DNA of 63,430 nucleotides, counting the filler, from Octopus bimaculoides (taxonomy: Eukaryota), in NCBI RefSeq assembly GCF_001194135.2. It is 7 parts of 6 records of this genome, joined end to end, with 100 filler letters (N's around TTAATTAATTAA, not from the genome) between each part and the next. Parts side by side here need not be neighbours in the genome. Positions count along the whole stretch, not along the records: positions 7,792 to 39,534 come from NC_068996.1; positions 39,635 to 49,437 come from NC_068986.1; positions 49,538 to 56,361 come from NC_068994.1; 4 more parts are not named here. One strand, written 5' to 3'. Both the position numbers and the translations under genes were made by a program. Position 1 is the first letter of the stretch; each line of letters opens with the position of its first letter. The notes under the pieces are model-generated. The model was not told where the DNA came from. It saw only the letters and a program-made list of their open reading frames with translations, and ran no database searches. Of this stretch, positions 36,756 through 52,014 are shown in pieces.

Positions 36756-36881
36756 NNNNNNNNNNNNNNNNNNNNNNNNNNNNNNNNNNNNNNNNNNNNN
36801 NNNNNNNNNNNNNNNNNNNNNNNNNNNNNNNNNNNNNNNNNNNNNNNNNNNNNNNNNNNNNNNNNNNNNNNNNNNNNNNNN

Positions 36882-36931
<50 letters not shown>

Positions 36932-37870
36932 CAGCCATCTGTGTATCATACTTAATGTATATATACTGTGGAAAAGTAAGATGCTGAGGTTCTTATCTAA
37001 GAGAAAATCTCAGATAAAACTGGAACGTAAAACACGTTTGGGCTTTTTGAGCTTAATGTTGGGCACTCGGCGATATATTTCTAGACGAAATTGACAGCCT
37101 AAGTTTATAGCGATGCTGGGTTGAAATTTACTTTGTCTACGCAATTAATGAGCATTAAATAACCCTCAGTGTACCATACTTAAAGTATACACTCCATTAG
37201 AAGGCATGATGCTCTGGTTTTAGCTGAAGAGAAAATCTCTTCATAGACATGTTGAGTTAGAAACACAATATATATTGGAGCAAGGCGAACATCGTCCTAG
37301 CATCGATCCACGAGAACGTCAGATGTGTTTCGGCTTTCTCATGCCTCGTCAGTATGTATAACCGACCGCCATATACATAGAATTAGCGAACTGTGAATAA
37401 TACATTCACTGATATTGCGGTAAGTTTTCCGGGCTAAAATAAACACGATGTATGCAATTGAAACAATATTAAATCAAAAAAAATCATCTACATACCCTAC
37501 TAAACGTATATACACCAATGAGAGACGTTTGTTTTCTTGAAAAGGTCGAAATAGATCTGACGTTCTTGTGAATCAATGTTGGTATCGTGTTAAACTCGTT
37601 CCAATATATATTGTTTCTAAAACAGTTTGTCTATGAAGAGATCCTCTCATAGATAAAACCCACTGTGTTTCATACTTTTCAACAGTGCATATACTTCGAG
37701 TATAGTATACAGATGGCCATATGAATGTGTGTGTGTGTGTGCGTGTGTATACGTGTGTGTCTGTGCGCGCGCGTATGTGCGTGTGTTGTATGAATATATA
37801 TATATATATGTAAATATATATTTAGATAATGCTAAGCTCAAATATGTCACAGTGACTAGCAGTTATATAA

Positions 37871-37953
<83 letters not shown>

Positions 37954-38089
37954 AACACATCTATTTCTTATCATGCCTTACAACGGTATATATACGATTT
38001 TTAGACTGTGGGTGTTCTAGGATCCATGTCTTGATATGGAAATGTATAGAAATGTGTAACTTGGGAGAAGGGGAAATGAAGAAAGATGG

Positions 38090-38173
<84 letters not shown>

Positions 38174-39246
38174 CACGCTATGGAACTTAGATGATTATTG
38201 AGATAGATACATAGAAAACATTAATTTGGCTAGCACTAATTAATGAATAAAAATTACAACTGCTAAATGGCAGGATATCATCACTTTCTTTTCTTTAAAT
38301 GCCTAACTAGATAAAGCTGCGCCGATTGTTCTTACAAGCAAGACAGGCAATTTTATTTACTAATATACACTTTAAAAAGGTGAAAAAAAATCAAAAAGAA
38401 AAGATGGAAAAAAAATGGGACGAAGCAGCGGAAGGCGGATGGAGAGAGGCGATGGATCACATATTCAGAACAAAAAGGATACTCAGCTGCACCTCACGGT
38501 AGTGACCGTGATTAGGTTGTCGTGTAGATTGGTCAACGACACTCGTTATAGATTTTCCTCTTCGCGGCGACACCAGGGTTTGCAGCAGCTGCCGCGAGAT
38601 TGGAACCGGAGACCGTTTCGCTATAAGTTGCATCCCAGACTAGGGGATAACCCTCTTCCCTCGAATAGGAAGAAGGTTATCCTGTCGAGGCGTTTGCTGT
38701 CGCGTGGTCAAGACCTGGAGACTCAAGTTGAGACGGGAGGTTTATTAAGAAGTCTGTTCATGGTTTGTATATTTATCCTTCATACAAGCTTATCTGCGAA
38801 TTTGCAGATGTTGGGCCCTACAGGAAACTGAACATTCGCTTGGTAAATTATCGCTTCTGCATTACATTTAAAACTGAAGAGGAGTAATTAGCCAATTTTG
38901 CAAATACATCGATAATCATTTTTGTATTTGTGAATATGGATAAATGAGTACCAATTTGAATGCTTGTGAGATTACTGGGTGTATAATCACAAAATGGCTT
39001 CGGTAGAAAAGAATGTACTTATTCTCTTACTTATGAGGAATAGGTTTATGGGAATTGCGTATGTAGAATGGAGTTACTTTTATTTTTGGTTTATTGGAAA
39101 GCTCATAAGATATCGAGTTTAGTTTAAGGGTGGCATCTAAGAAGTCTTTAATGTTCTTAAGTTTTCTTTAACCGCCATATTCAAACCGAATTTATTGAAA
39201 ATTGTAAACATTCATATCTCAGGGGCATATCATCATCAACATTACC

Positions 39247-39321
<75 letters not shown>

Positions 39322-39322
<1 letters not shown>

Positions 39323-39534
39323 TAAATATAGACCTCGATAAAACAATGAACCCTAACAAACTAGCTAACATAAGAAGATATATTCTAAAAGCAAAAAAAA
39401 TATCAGAAATAGAAATAGAGCAATTGAAAGAAAAAATACATCAGGAAAATCTAGATAGTAGTCACACAGCAATGCCAAATAATAATATAAACACTGAGAT
39501 AGCAAAACACGAGGACAAACGTAACATGCCCGGC
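39322..39534 (+). mobile_element. Dong/R4-clade N-terminal fragment starting directly after (AAT)n
   Basis: MNPNKLANIRRYILKAKKISEIEIEQLK resembles the R4/Dong N-terminal motif (LAxxxRxIxxxxxxSxxExxxI); (AAT)n 39253-39321; cut by a gap. Confidence 0.65.
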
Positions 39535-39832
39535 NNNNNNNNNNNNNNNNNNNNNNNNNNNNNNNNNNNNNNNNNNNNTTAATTAATTAANNNNNNNNNN
39601 NNNNNNNNNNNNNNNNNNNNNNNNNNNNNNNNNNGTTATATATATATACACACACACACAATCATGCATACATAAACTCACAGCTTGGGTATATATATTT
39701 ATATTTTTGCATATAAGTGTATATATGGGTTAATCTGTGATGAATAATAACTAGTGCATATCTATTTAAAGACTTTTACACAGTCATATACATCAATAAC
39801 GGCCCCAATGAATAAGCATACATTAATAAATG

Positions 39833-39872
<40 letters not shown>

Positions 39873-39963
39873 GGGTTATCAATGACAATATTCATTTTTA
39901 CCGTCTGATGCCATCTTTCCCTGTGTCTCTTTCTATTTCTCTCTCCTTCACTTTCCCCCTCTT

Positions 39964-40000
<37 letters not shown>

Positions 40001-40195
40001 AAATTTACACGCACATTCAGAAATATATACGTAAATATGCATATATGTACGTATGTTTATGTGCGTGTGTGTGAGTGTGTGTGTTTCTGTATGCCTATGT
40101 GTGTGCGCGTGTGCGAGCGAGTGCATGTTTATTCATACATTATCAGTTCATATATCAGTTAACTTTCTTGTATATATATTTTTAGGTATACATAC

Positions 40196-40226
<31 letters not shown>

Positions 40227-40468
40227 AACATATCCACATGTACATAATTATGTATATATTTATCAATATTACTGGACAATCATTAGCAGAAATGTCTCTA
40301 TAAATTACTACCGAGTTACATTTACAAGGTATATTTTATCAATAATATAGACATAAAATCTCTTATCCATACTGAACTGATACATGTAAATATACATGCG
40401 TACATAGACATTTGGCTATACACACACACCTTACATACGTGTATTTACGTAAGTATACATATATATAC

Positions 40469-40515
<47 letters not shown>

Positions 40516-40549
40516 CATATATATATATTTTATATATATACATATATAT

Positions 40550-40598
<49 letters not shown>

Positions 40599-40801
40599 NN
40601 NNNNNNNNNNNNNNNNNNNNNNNNNNNNNNNNNNNNNNNNNNNNNNNNNNNNNNNNNNNNNNNNNNNNNNNNNNNNNNNNNNNNNNNNNNNNNNNNNNNN
40701 NNNNNNNNNNNNNNNNNNNNNNNNNNNNNNNNNNNNNNNNNNNNNNNNNNNNNNNNNNNNTATATATACACACATACGTATACATATATGTATTTATATA
40801 G

Positions 40802-40855
<54 letters not shown>

Positions 40856-40892
40856 GTGTACATATAAGTACACATACGCATATATGTATATG

Positions 40893-40925
<33 letters not shown>

Positions 40926-41414
40926 TTGTATGTGTGTGTGTATGTGTAGGTCTCAGTGGGTATATCGATGGATGAATGAATGTATACGAATATATACGCA
41001 CATGCTAACACAAACTCACAGACATAGTCGCGTACTTACGTACTTATACTTACCTACCTGTGTGTGTATGCGTTTGTAAGTGATGTGTGTATATTCGTGT
41101 GTATTTGCGCGCGTGCTGGTACTTATATATCTACATATATATATTATGCATGTATATATGTAAATTTGTGTCTATGTACATATGTACACATATGTGCATA
41201 TGTTTATACATGTATGTATGCATGTATGTATGTATGTATGTATATATACGCGCGCGAACAGAAGTATATATGTATATGCATATATTGCAAATTCAATAAA
41301 CAATCAAACATTTCCTGCCAGCGTTAATCTCATTCGTTAATCTCATTCATTAATCTCAATGCTAATACAGGATTTGCACTTTTTAGAAGCACGGTTCAAT
41401 GATTGCCTGATTGG

Positions 41415-41755
41415 ACCTTATTTCATCAACCCCCGAAAGAATACAGGACAAGTTTGACCTCGGCGTTATTTGAACTCACATCAGAAGAAATGCAGCTATA
41501 CATTTTCTTCAACAAGCTAACAATTCCACCAGCTTACCACCACCAATAATAATAATAATAATAATGTTAATACTTTCGCCTATAAGCACAAGGCCAGCAA
41601 TTGCGGGATAGAGGCCAATCGATTACCTCGACCTCAGCACTCAAATGGAACTTGTTTAATCAGCCCTCGACGGAATTTAACAAAGAACGTAAAGACGGAT
41701 GAAATGACGCTGAGCATTTTATCCGGCGCGATAACAATTCTGCCAGCTCACCGCC

Positions 41756-41850
<95 letters not shown>

Positions 41851-41874
41851 GATGATGATGATAATAATAATAAC

Positions 41875-41924
<50 letters not shown>

Positions 41925-42140
41925 TAATAGTGGTTTCAAAATTTAGCACAAGGCCAGCAATTTCAGGAAAGGGGTAAGTCGATTACAGTAATCCTCAGAA
42001 TTCAACTGGTACTTATTTCATTGACCGCCGATAGCTAAGTCGACCTGAGCGGAATTTGAACCCAGAACACCGATGAGTCAGAGGAAACACTACTGCTAAG
42101 CATTTTACTAGACGTACTAACGATTCCACCAGCTCGCCGC
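41415..42140 (-). mobile_element. Cluster of three SINE-B copies interleaved with (AAT)n/(GAT)n (41758-41925)
   Basis: Repeated gcacaaggccagcaa, ggaatttgaac and ccagctc(a/g)ccgcc motifs. Confidence 0.8.
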
Positions 42141-42173
42141 CATCATAAAAAACAACAACAACAACAAAGAAAC

Positions 42174-42211
<38 letters not shown>

Positions 42212-42809
42212 GTATTATCATTATTATTCACGTTTCTCATTATTCACATTTCCCACATTATCTCTGTCATGTTCAGTATTTTTATTAACCTCATGATTCC
42301 ATTCTAATGTTCAGTGTTTAGACGATATCAGTTTCATACACAAATCTACAACAAAACAGTTATTAAAATGGAGCATATTAGATTTTTCCATGATATGTGT
42401 ATTTGTATATACAACTTTGTATTTTAACATACATATATTTATGTTTATACCTATGCACCCACATACACACGCACACACAGACACACGCAAACATATATAT
42501 ATATATATGCATGTGTACATATGCATATATATAATGTATGCGTGTATATATGCATATATATGTGTATGTGTGTGTGTGTGTGTGTGTATGCGTGTGTACG
42601 CATGTATGTGTGCATGTATGGATGTATATAATTTCACTTGTTATATGTTGAATGTATGGAAATTCTATGCAAATTAGTCATGAAACATAAATTATGGTGC
42701 CACACAAGTGTAAGTAGTCTTCGAGGCGGGCAAACGATATGGGTGTATATGCATGTGTGTTTGTGCGCGTGAGCGTGTCCATTTGAATATATACTCTCTC
42801 TTACACACA

Positions 42810-42843
<34 letters not shown>

Positions 42844-44204
42844 TACGCACACGTGAATACATGTGTATACATATTTATATACGTGTATGAGCCTATGTAT
42901 ATATATATCATTGTCTATGCAGATTTTAAATACTGACACTGATATATAACTATTTACATACTAATATACTAGCTAAGACTATCTCACCACCTCTCTTTCT
43001 CTCCCTATTTCTTTATATTTATATATATACACACACACACACGTATTCATACAGATGCATGTTATATACTATCCATACATGTGAGTGTATATATGGTGTA
43101 TATGTATCTGTATATGTATTTGTGTATATATATATAAATATGTGTGTGTGTGTATGTGTGTCTGTGTTTAAGTATGTGCATATATACATATATACATACT
43201 ACACAGACAACAACTACATACATACATGCATACATAATACATACATGTATACATACGGCATGGCTGCGGTCAAATGATTGAATCATGTAAAAGAATGAAA
43301 GAATATATATATATATATATATATATATCTTATCTTATTGTGTCTAGGAGAGACATTCTCTTTTAGTGTCTTATTATTTAACACAGACACGGTTTGATTT
43401 CCACTCATTTATCTATTTTTTCTAAACCTTTCATTGCGTCTTGCAACCTTTGCAATAGACTTTGACTCTCATATATATAATTATTTTTATTATGTAACTC
43501 AAGATATTTGACCCTGCAGGACTGCACACATTTATAACAAAGGCGAGACACTACCCACATATAGATCTTTGCAAACGCTAAATATTTTTTATATATATTC
43601 GTACGAAATATCGTTATAAACACATGTACTGCTCAAATTTTTTCTTCTTGTAGTTAGGTTTTCGACTGGGGTGAATTTTATTAAATGTCTAATTTTTATT
43701 ACATTTAAGTGCAATAAGTGTTTCTGTTAGACTTGTGAATTTTTGAAAAAACAAAACAATGGGAAAATACTTTTAAACTTTAAATAAACTCGTTCGGGAT
43801 TCGAAACTTCGTGATAGTCTGAAATAGCTTGTAGCATATTATAACCGTGACTGGAATCAAACACTGTCTTACTTTGAATAAATATGACACTGTTTCATAT
43901 GTATACATATAAATATGGGAAAATATCTCCGTTAAAATCAACTAAATTATTAGAAAATATACAACACACAATTAATAATGGTTGTGTGTGTGTGAAATAT
44001 GTGAGTACGTGAATGAGTGTTCGTTTACGTGTATACATATAATATAATATAATATAATATAATATAATATAATATAATATATAACTTAAATGTCCTTTTT
44101 CTACAGAATGACATGAATCATACATATGTCGCATTTTAAAATTTATACAACTTATATCATGACTATATGTGTCTCTATATTACACGTAGCATAAATAATT
44201 CTTT

Positions 44205-44332
44205 TCTACTCTAGGGACAAGGCCTGAAATTTTTGGGGAGGAGGCCAATCGATTAGATCGACCCCAGTACGCAACTGGTACTTAATTTATCGACCCCGAA
44301 AGGATGAAAGGCAAAGTCGACCTCGGTGGAAT
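44205..44332 (-). mobile_element. 5'-truncated SINE-B
   Basis: Near-identical to the corresponding part of 4441-4570. Confidence 0.9.
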
Positions 44333-45445
44333 ACATAAATAATGTAATATGATATATTTATGTTTATTTGTATATCTATTTGCGTTTGTTTCCACACTCT
44401 GGACATTCTTCCATTCAAATTGACCCCCATCGATATTCCTCTTAAACCTGGATCATATCTCTTTTCTACTGATCCTTCATTTTTCCAGTCTTTCATTTTA
44501 CTCTTGGTTCAATCCTCTTATTGATTATATTTGATCTCTGCATGTTACTGCCTTTTTTTTTTCTCCTAACCCTTCTTATACCCAACGATTTTAAAAAATT
44601 GAATCCCGTTTACTACTGGACCCTTCACATTTCTTCTTAATCTTCCTTTTCATTTACGTCTGATCCTCGGAACAAATTCGAAAACTCATCATTCTCACTT
44701 TTGCTTGTGATTAAGAATGATACTCTTCTTTTGATCTTGGGTTGTTCTTCATCATTACATCTAATTCCTTTTACATTTGATCCTCCTTGATCCTACTCTT
44801 GTGCCCACCCCCAGTTTGATCCTTACCGTTGACCACCACTTTGATCCTACTCTTGAGCCTCCTTTACCACTACTGATATTTTTGAAACCTAATAGTTCTC
44901 CTTTTGATTCACTTCTCTTCATCCATGGGTTTACCATTATCTTCTTTCTTTCAATGCTCTTTTTGATCCGTCTTCATGAAAACCCTTACACTTCACTCTT
45001 GATCTGTGTTTCTGTATCTCAATATTGTCTTTTACTTACTCCTGATTGATATTTATCTATATTTATTGCCTATCCTTCCAATTTCAACATCATTTCAATT
45101 CGAATTCTGCCTTTAATTCCTAACACATGATCTTTTATGTTACTAATTAACCCATTTTTCATATCATTTTAAGAACTTGATTCTTTTCTCCTCGTTCAAC
45201 GCTAGTTCTGCTCACTACACTATTACAGTCATTCACGATAAATCAGTAATTCTTACAGAAGTTGTCACAAATACACAACTGATCCTCACCCATTCTTTAC
45301 TTTACGGCTCCTTCTATTTGCTGCTTTTAATCCTTTTTTATTCTCCATCTTTCACGTACTTGATGGTTCCTTTCTTATATTTATCATGTACTTGCACTTA
45401 CTGCTCATTTGTGTACTTCTAATCAGGTATTTTATTTACTTCTGT

Positions 45446-45492
<47 letters not shown>

Positions 45493-45609
45493 GTCTGTCT
45501 GCCTGCCTGTCTGTCTGTCTGTCTACATGCCTATTTATGCATACACACACATACATATAGGTATACATGCAAATATATATATATATATATATATACATAC
45601 ACACATATA

Positions 45610-45743
45610 GGCATGGGTGTATGGAAAGAAGCTTGCTACCTAACCACATGGTTCCGGATTCAGTCTTTCTTTGTAGCACCTTGAGCCACGGGGCGACCAA
45701 AGCCTTGTGAGTGGATTTGGTGGACAGAAACTGAAAAAGCCCG

Positions 45744-45746
<3 letters not shown>
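45610..45746 (+). mobile_element. SINE-A 5' half followed by (GT)n
   Basis: ccacatggttccggattcagtc...accaaagccttgtgagtggatttgg...aaagcccgtcg. Confidence 0.85.
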
Positions 45747-45796
<50 letters not shown>

Positions 45797-46544
45797 TACG
45801 TAAGGGTGTGTATGTGTGTCTGTGTGTGTGCTTGTATTCATTATGTCTGTGTTTCATTGAGAACTGTATGTGTGTATGTTAATTTTTATTAATGGGCATA
45901 ATTTTCCAATATATGTAATTGTTGATGTTTTTGCAATTATTGCCGTTCTTGTTGAATAGAAGTAAGTTGGCCCTAATTGAGACAGACCTATAGACAAAGA
46001 TATTCCATTCGTGACCATTCCATCTGTTTTAGTATAACAACCACTATATATTACGAGTTACTACTGATATTTTCCTTTTTCAAAATATCAAGTTGTGATT
46101 TGAAGGAAATTTGGCCCCTGTTTTTAATAACTAACTTATCGTGTGGTCACCAGATGGTTTTCTGCTCATGCTTGTGTGCAATGTTTATGGACTATATGCA
46201 TATACATTTATACGTGTATGTATGTTTAGTGCAAAGGTGTGCATTCTTACATAAAAAAATCATACACGTTCAAGCCTCTGTGCCCTGTGTTACAAAGAAA
46301 TATGTGTGTATGTATGTGTAACAAATTGAGTATCCTATGTATATGCATGTGTAGTAAAGTGTGTACAGGCCTGTGTATGTATAAAAAACACACGTATTTA
46401 TACAAATTCTCTAACAGGATGTTACATGTGATTATTTTTTGTGTGTGTGTAGCGGACCATGCGTGTTATTGTGCGCATATGCATGTATCAGTAGCAGCGC
46501 ATATGTGTATGCAGTTGTGTATATATGTGCATATGTACCAAACT

Positions 46545-46580
<36 letters not shown>

Positions 46581-46590
46581 NNNNNNNNNN

Positions 46591-46637
<47 letters not shown>

Positions 46638-47198
46638 TTTCTGAAACTATATTATTACGTGTGTGTGTATATGAGTATGTGTGTGTTTATGTGTGAGTGT
46701 TTGTGTGCACTCACGAACGTACTGTGTGTACATGCGCGCGTATCAGCATAAGTGTGTGTGTATGTGTGTGTGTGTGTGTGAGTGGGTATGCATATTTAAG
46801 GTAGAAAATGTGTATGTATACACTTCCGCACTAGAACAAAATGTTTGTGTACATTTGTGTATATAAATGTAGAAAACCCTTTGATATTATGTATGTGCAT
46901 GTGTGTGGGTGTGTATGAGTATGTTTATGCGATGCCTGTACAGCTATATAACATCATGGATATATACACTTCTGCAACTGTATAGCTGTGAACGAGCGAG
47001 TTTATGTAAACATACTATAAATTGTTTATACACAACTCTGAAACTGCATGCAAGTATGTATGTGAGTATGCATGTATCTATGTATGTGTGCATTCATGTT
47101 TGTATGTGCAAGTAAGTATGTTTCCCGGTGCCTTTATGCATTTACACATAAGCACCTAAATGCATTTCTGTGTGTGTGCATGTGCTCGTAACAGTGTA

Positions 47199-47243
<45 letters not shown>

Positions 47244-47610
47244 CTTCGTATGCGTTTGTGCGTTCGTTTATTCATCCTTATAAGTGTAAATGTGTGTATA
47301 GCAAAAGTTGTTGACCATGAATATACTCGTTTAGTATCGTACATGCAAGCGAGCGCCTGTGTATGCACTTGTGATTGCGTGTGTGCTTTTGAGTGTGTAT
47401 GTGTGTATGCGTCTGTGAAAGTTTTGGAAAAATTGCGTGTTAACGCCTTTGCTTACACGTATAATTCTGTAAGCATAAGTGTGTGTATTTTCGAGGTATT
47501 TCGTACATGTGATAAATCAGTAAAGATATTAACATAGAAATTGTAAAATCCAGATGATATAAGATACAGTTACGGAAATAGCATCACACACACACACACA
47601 TACATATCTA

Positions 47611-47653
<43 letters not shown>

Positions 47654-48130
47654 NNNNNNNNNNNNNNNNNNNNNNNNNNNNNNNNNNNNNNNNNNNNNNN
47701 NNNNNNNNNNNNNNNNNNNNNNNNNNNNNNNNNNNNNNNNNNNNNNNNNNNNNNNNNNNNNNNNNNNNNNNNNNNNNNNNNNNNNNNNNNNNNNNNNNNN
47801 NNNNNNNNNNNNNNNNNNNNNNNNNNNNNNNNNNNNNNNNNNNNNNNNNNNNNNNNNNNNNNNNNNNNNNNNNNNNNNNNNNNNNNNNNNNNNNNNNNNN
47901 NNNNNNNNNNNNNNNNNNNNNNNNNNNNNNNNNNNNNNNNNNNNNNNNNNNNNNNNNNNNNNNNNNNNNNNNNNNNNNNNNNNNNNNNNNNNNNNNNNNN
48001 NNNNNNNNNNNNNNNNNNNNNNNNNNNNNNNNNNNNNNNNNNNNNNNNNNNNNNNNNNNNNNNNNNNNNNNNNNNNNNNNNNNNNNNNNNNNNNNNNNNN
48101 NNNNNNNNNNNNNNNNNNNNNNNNNNNNNN

Positions 48131-48205
<75 letters not shown>

Positions 48206-48630
48206 ATTAACGCATACATAGATATATAAATATGTATTTATGTATATAAAAATGTATATAAAGGTTGTTTAAGAAGATTTTTGTGAAGGAAATAAGTTCT
48301 ACTCAAACTAGAGACCTGGACCAATTACCAAAAACTGCAACTATAAGTACCCTAGGACCAGGCGCTTGTGTGAATTCCGCAACACACACACACATTTGCA
48401 TTTGCATGTGTGTATGTGTGTGTGTGTAACATTAATGTTCATTGGTTGAATGTATCGTCTGTAAATGCAAGCGATGCTGCTAGCCTAAAGTACGTGCATG
48501 AAAGCAAATAACAATTCTTATAACAATATAAAGCCTTCATTTTGATAGGGACAACTGGAAAGTGGGCACACACATGCTATCAGTACCCTGCTTCACACTC
48601 ACACGCGCGCATATGTGCACGTATATGTGC

Positions 48631-48692
<62 letters not shown>

Positions 48693-48939
48693 ATATACGT
48701 AAACATACGTATGTATGTATGTATGTATGTATATATGTAGATATACACACACATTCATTTAAGTATAGAGATTTTTGAGAGATTGCTTTAGACCAATGGT
48801 AGAACATCTGATATGCTGATATGTCAAGAGAAGCTGTGGGTTCGAATCGTATAACTATTTTTCCCCAAAATACTTTTAATCCTATATTTACCCGCCATTA
48901 TCTTTATCTATTTCGAGTTTCACCGTTCACAAAAAGAAT

Positions 48940-48989
<50 letters not shown>

Positions 48990-49401
48990 CATACACACAC
49001 ATATATATAGGGATGTATTTGTTACGAAAAATCTATTAAACGAGATGTATAATAAGAATATCCAATAGTTATCTGGAAACGGTGAACAGGTAGAGGAAGA
49101 ATAGATACAGAAAACAGATATGAGACAGAAAGAAATGTTTTTCCAAAATTAAGAGAAGGAAAAAATATAAGAAAATACAAAATAAATATTGACTGAAGTT
49201 TAAAAACAGAATTTAACAAAATAATTGTGTATTTGTTTTCCAACTTTGCGAAATGTTAGCAGAAAATATATTTGTTCAGCGGCATGGAAAAACCAAGGAT
49301 AATTAAATAGGAAGAACGAGAAGGAGAGAGAATAAAAAGTAGTCATCAACAGACACACGTCTTAGCATGCATATGTGAATGTGTCTGCATATATGCGTGT
49401 A

Positions 49402-49437
<36 letters not shown>

Positions 49438-49580
49438 NNNNNNNNNNNNNNNNNNNNNNNNNNNNNNNNNNNNNNNNNNNNTTAATTAATTAANNNNNNN
49501 NNNNNNNNNNNNNNNNNNNNNNNNNNNNNNNNNNNNNTTTTAAACGTATTTCGTATCGTTGCTGCAGCTGCTATCGCCAC

Positions 49581-49621
<41 letters not shown>

Positions 49622-50159
49622 ATGATGATGACGACGAAAACGGTCGATGATGATAATGATGAAGATGATAGCAACGGTGACGATGTCGGCTTGGATGGAC
49701 AGCGCTGGTGATGAGCTCAAATAGTATGATGATACAAAAGACAGAAAGAGAAAACGAAACAAAATCAAAAGGCAGAAACAAAGGAAAAGAAATATAAAAG
49801 AAAAGAGAAGCAAAAGATGAAGGAAATAACGAAAGAAACGTAAAGACAGGAAAGAGAATCCAGTTAGTAGTTGAGCTTGGTAAGAATGCAAGGAGATTAC
49901 AGCATTAAGTGATGTGGAGACAGCCCGAGGCGAGAGATAGCGCTGTAGAACGAGGATGGCATTAGTTTCGTGAATAATGTCACAGGTAAGATACGTACTG
50001 CAACTGCCACCTGGTGCCTAATGGAAGGATTACGTCCCCCTTCTCTCTCTCTCTCTTTCTCACTGTCTCTCTCTCACTCTGTACCAATGATAATACTGAC
50101 ATAATAATAATAATAATAATAACAATAACAATAATAATAATAATAATAATAATAATAAC

Positions 50160-50232
<73 letters not shown>

Positions 50233-50399
50233 AATGAAAAGAAAGGGAAATAGAAGAAATGAAGAAATCAAGCGAAAAGAGAAAGAAGTTTAAAAATAAA
50301 AATCCGAATAATCGATATTAGGTTGTAAAAAAAAAAATAACATTATTGATTTTTATTTGTTTTGTTTTTTTGACTTTGGATTAGATTTCAAGGACAGAT

Positions 50400-50430
<31 letters not shown>

Positions 50431-50639
50431 ATGGGAGGGAAGTAAAAAGGATTCAAAGACGACTCTTTTTATTATTTTTTTTTACTATAGACACAAGNNN
50501 NNNNNNNNNNNNNNNNNNNNNNNNNNNNNNNNNNNNNNNNNNNNNNNNNNNNNNNNNNNNNNNNNNNNNNNNNNNNNNNNNNNNNNNNNNNNNNNNNNNN
50601 NNNNNNNNNNNNNNNNNNNNNNNNNNNNNNNNNNNNTTT

Positions 50640-51610
50640 CATGTCAATATATTGATTTCGGTGCTCAGTTGGTACTTGTTTCATCGACCCTGCCAAAGGA
50701 CGAGAGATGAAGTCGACCTCGGCAGAATTTGAACTCAGGCGGCGAGCTGGCAGAAACGGTAGCACGGCGGACGCAATGCTTAGCTGTACTTTGTTTGTCT
50801 TATGCTCTGAACTCAAATTCTGCTGAGGTCGACTTTGCCTTTCATCCTTTCGGAGTCGATAAATTAAGTACCAGTTACGCACTGGGGTCGATGTAATCGA
50901 CTTAATCCCTTTGTCTGTCCTTGTTTGTCCCCTCTATGTTTAGCCTCTTGTGGGCAATAAAGAAATAGGAATTTGAACTCAGGACAGTAAAGCCAGGAGA
51001 AATACCGCCAAACGTTCATGCCGACGATTCTGTCGACTCACCACTTTCAAACATATTCTTTACTGTTCAAGCCTATTCTAATTTTGACACAAAATCAGCA
51101 GTTTTGAGGAAAATGGATAAGTCAATTACAGTTACATCGACCCCAGTGTTCAACAGGTACTTACTTTTTCGACCCCAGAAAGAATGAAAAGTAAAGGCGA
51201 GCTCAGATGAATTTGAACTGAAAGCGTAATACCTGAAGAAATGCCGCTGAAACTTTTGTCCAGTTCTGCTGGCCCGTAGCCTTCAATTATGTTGGTTTCA
51301 AATTTTGGGCGCGAGGCCAGCAATTTCGAGGAAGGGAGTAAGTCGATTACTACATCAACCCCAGAGTTCAACTAGTATTTATTTTATCGATTTCGAAAGG
51401 ATGAAATGCAAAGTCAACCTCGGTCGGAATTTGAACTCAGAACGTAAAGACGGACGAAATGCCGCTAAGTATTTTTCCCGGTGTGCTAATGACTCTCCCA
51501 GCTCACTGCCTTCAAATACTGGTTTCAAACTTTGGCACGAAGCCAGTAAGTTCGATGATTGGGGTAAATCGATTTACGTTGATCTCCAGTGCTCCACTGG
51601 TACCAATTTC
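50640..51610. mobile_element. Dense SINE-B cluster (at least five copies or fragments, both strands)
   Basis: Plus copy 50738-50960; minus copies ~50640-50735, 51100-51280, 51290-51510, 51515-51610. Confidence 0.85.
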
Positions 51611-51611
51611 A

Positions 51612-52014
51612 AAATCCTAGCTGACCCCAGCAGCTCAGTTTTGGGGGCCTGCTCTGCTCTCATATCAATTCCGATTTCTTTGACATATTTCTCGAACTTG
51701 GTTGTTAGTGCTCCGAATTCCCCTACAACTACTGGAATGACAGACACTCTCCTCAAAGTCCACATTCTTGCGATTTCCTCTTTTAGTAGTCTGTACTTTT
51801 AAATCTTTTCTAGTTCTTTGTCACTTATGCCTGCATCCCCGGGTATTGCAATATCTATAATCTTGGTTTCCTTTTTTCCTTTATCAACCACAAAAATATT
51901 TGGTCTCTGTGCATCGATCAGGGAGTTACATTGGATTGTAAAATCTCACAGTATCTTATATTTCTTGTTCTCGGTGACTCCTTCTGGCTCGTACCATTTC
52001 CGTGCTCTGTTCAG
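51612..52014 (-). mobile_element. Dong/R4-clade restriction-like endonuclease domain, 5' end abutting (AAT)n
   Basis: WYEPEGVTENKKYKIL*DFTIQC..AQRPNIFVVDK..IIDIAIPGD...EKI*KY..LKEEIARMW..VIPVVVG..GAL...LLGSARIL; (AAT)n 52015-52093 on the element strand. Confidence 0.92.

Noticed and set aside
43405-43623. ORF ending ESQSLLQRLQDAMKGLEKIDK (coiled-coil look)
   Set aside because: No splice signals, AT-rich composition and no recognisable homology.
49880-49990. Plus-strand donor-like cacag|gtaaga
   Set aside because: All three upstream frames contain stops and the acceptor is weak.
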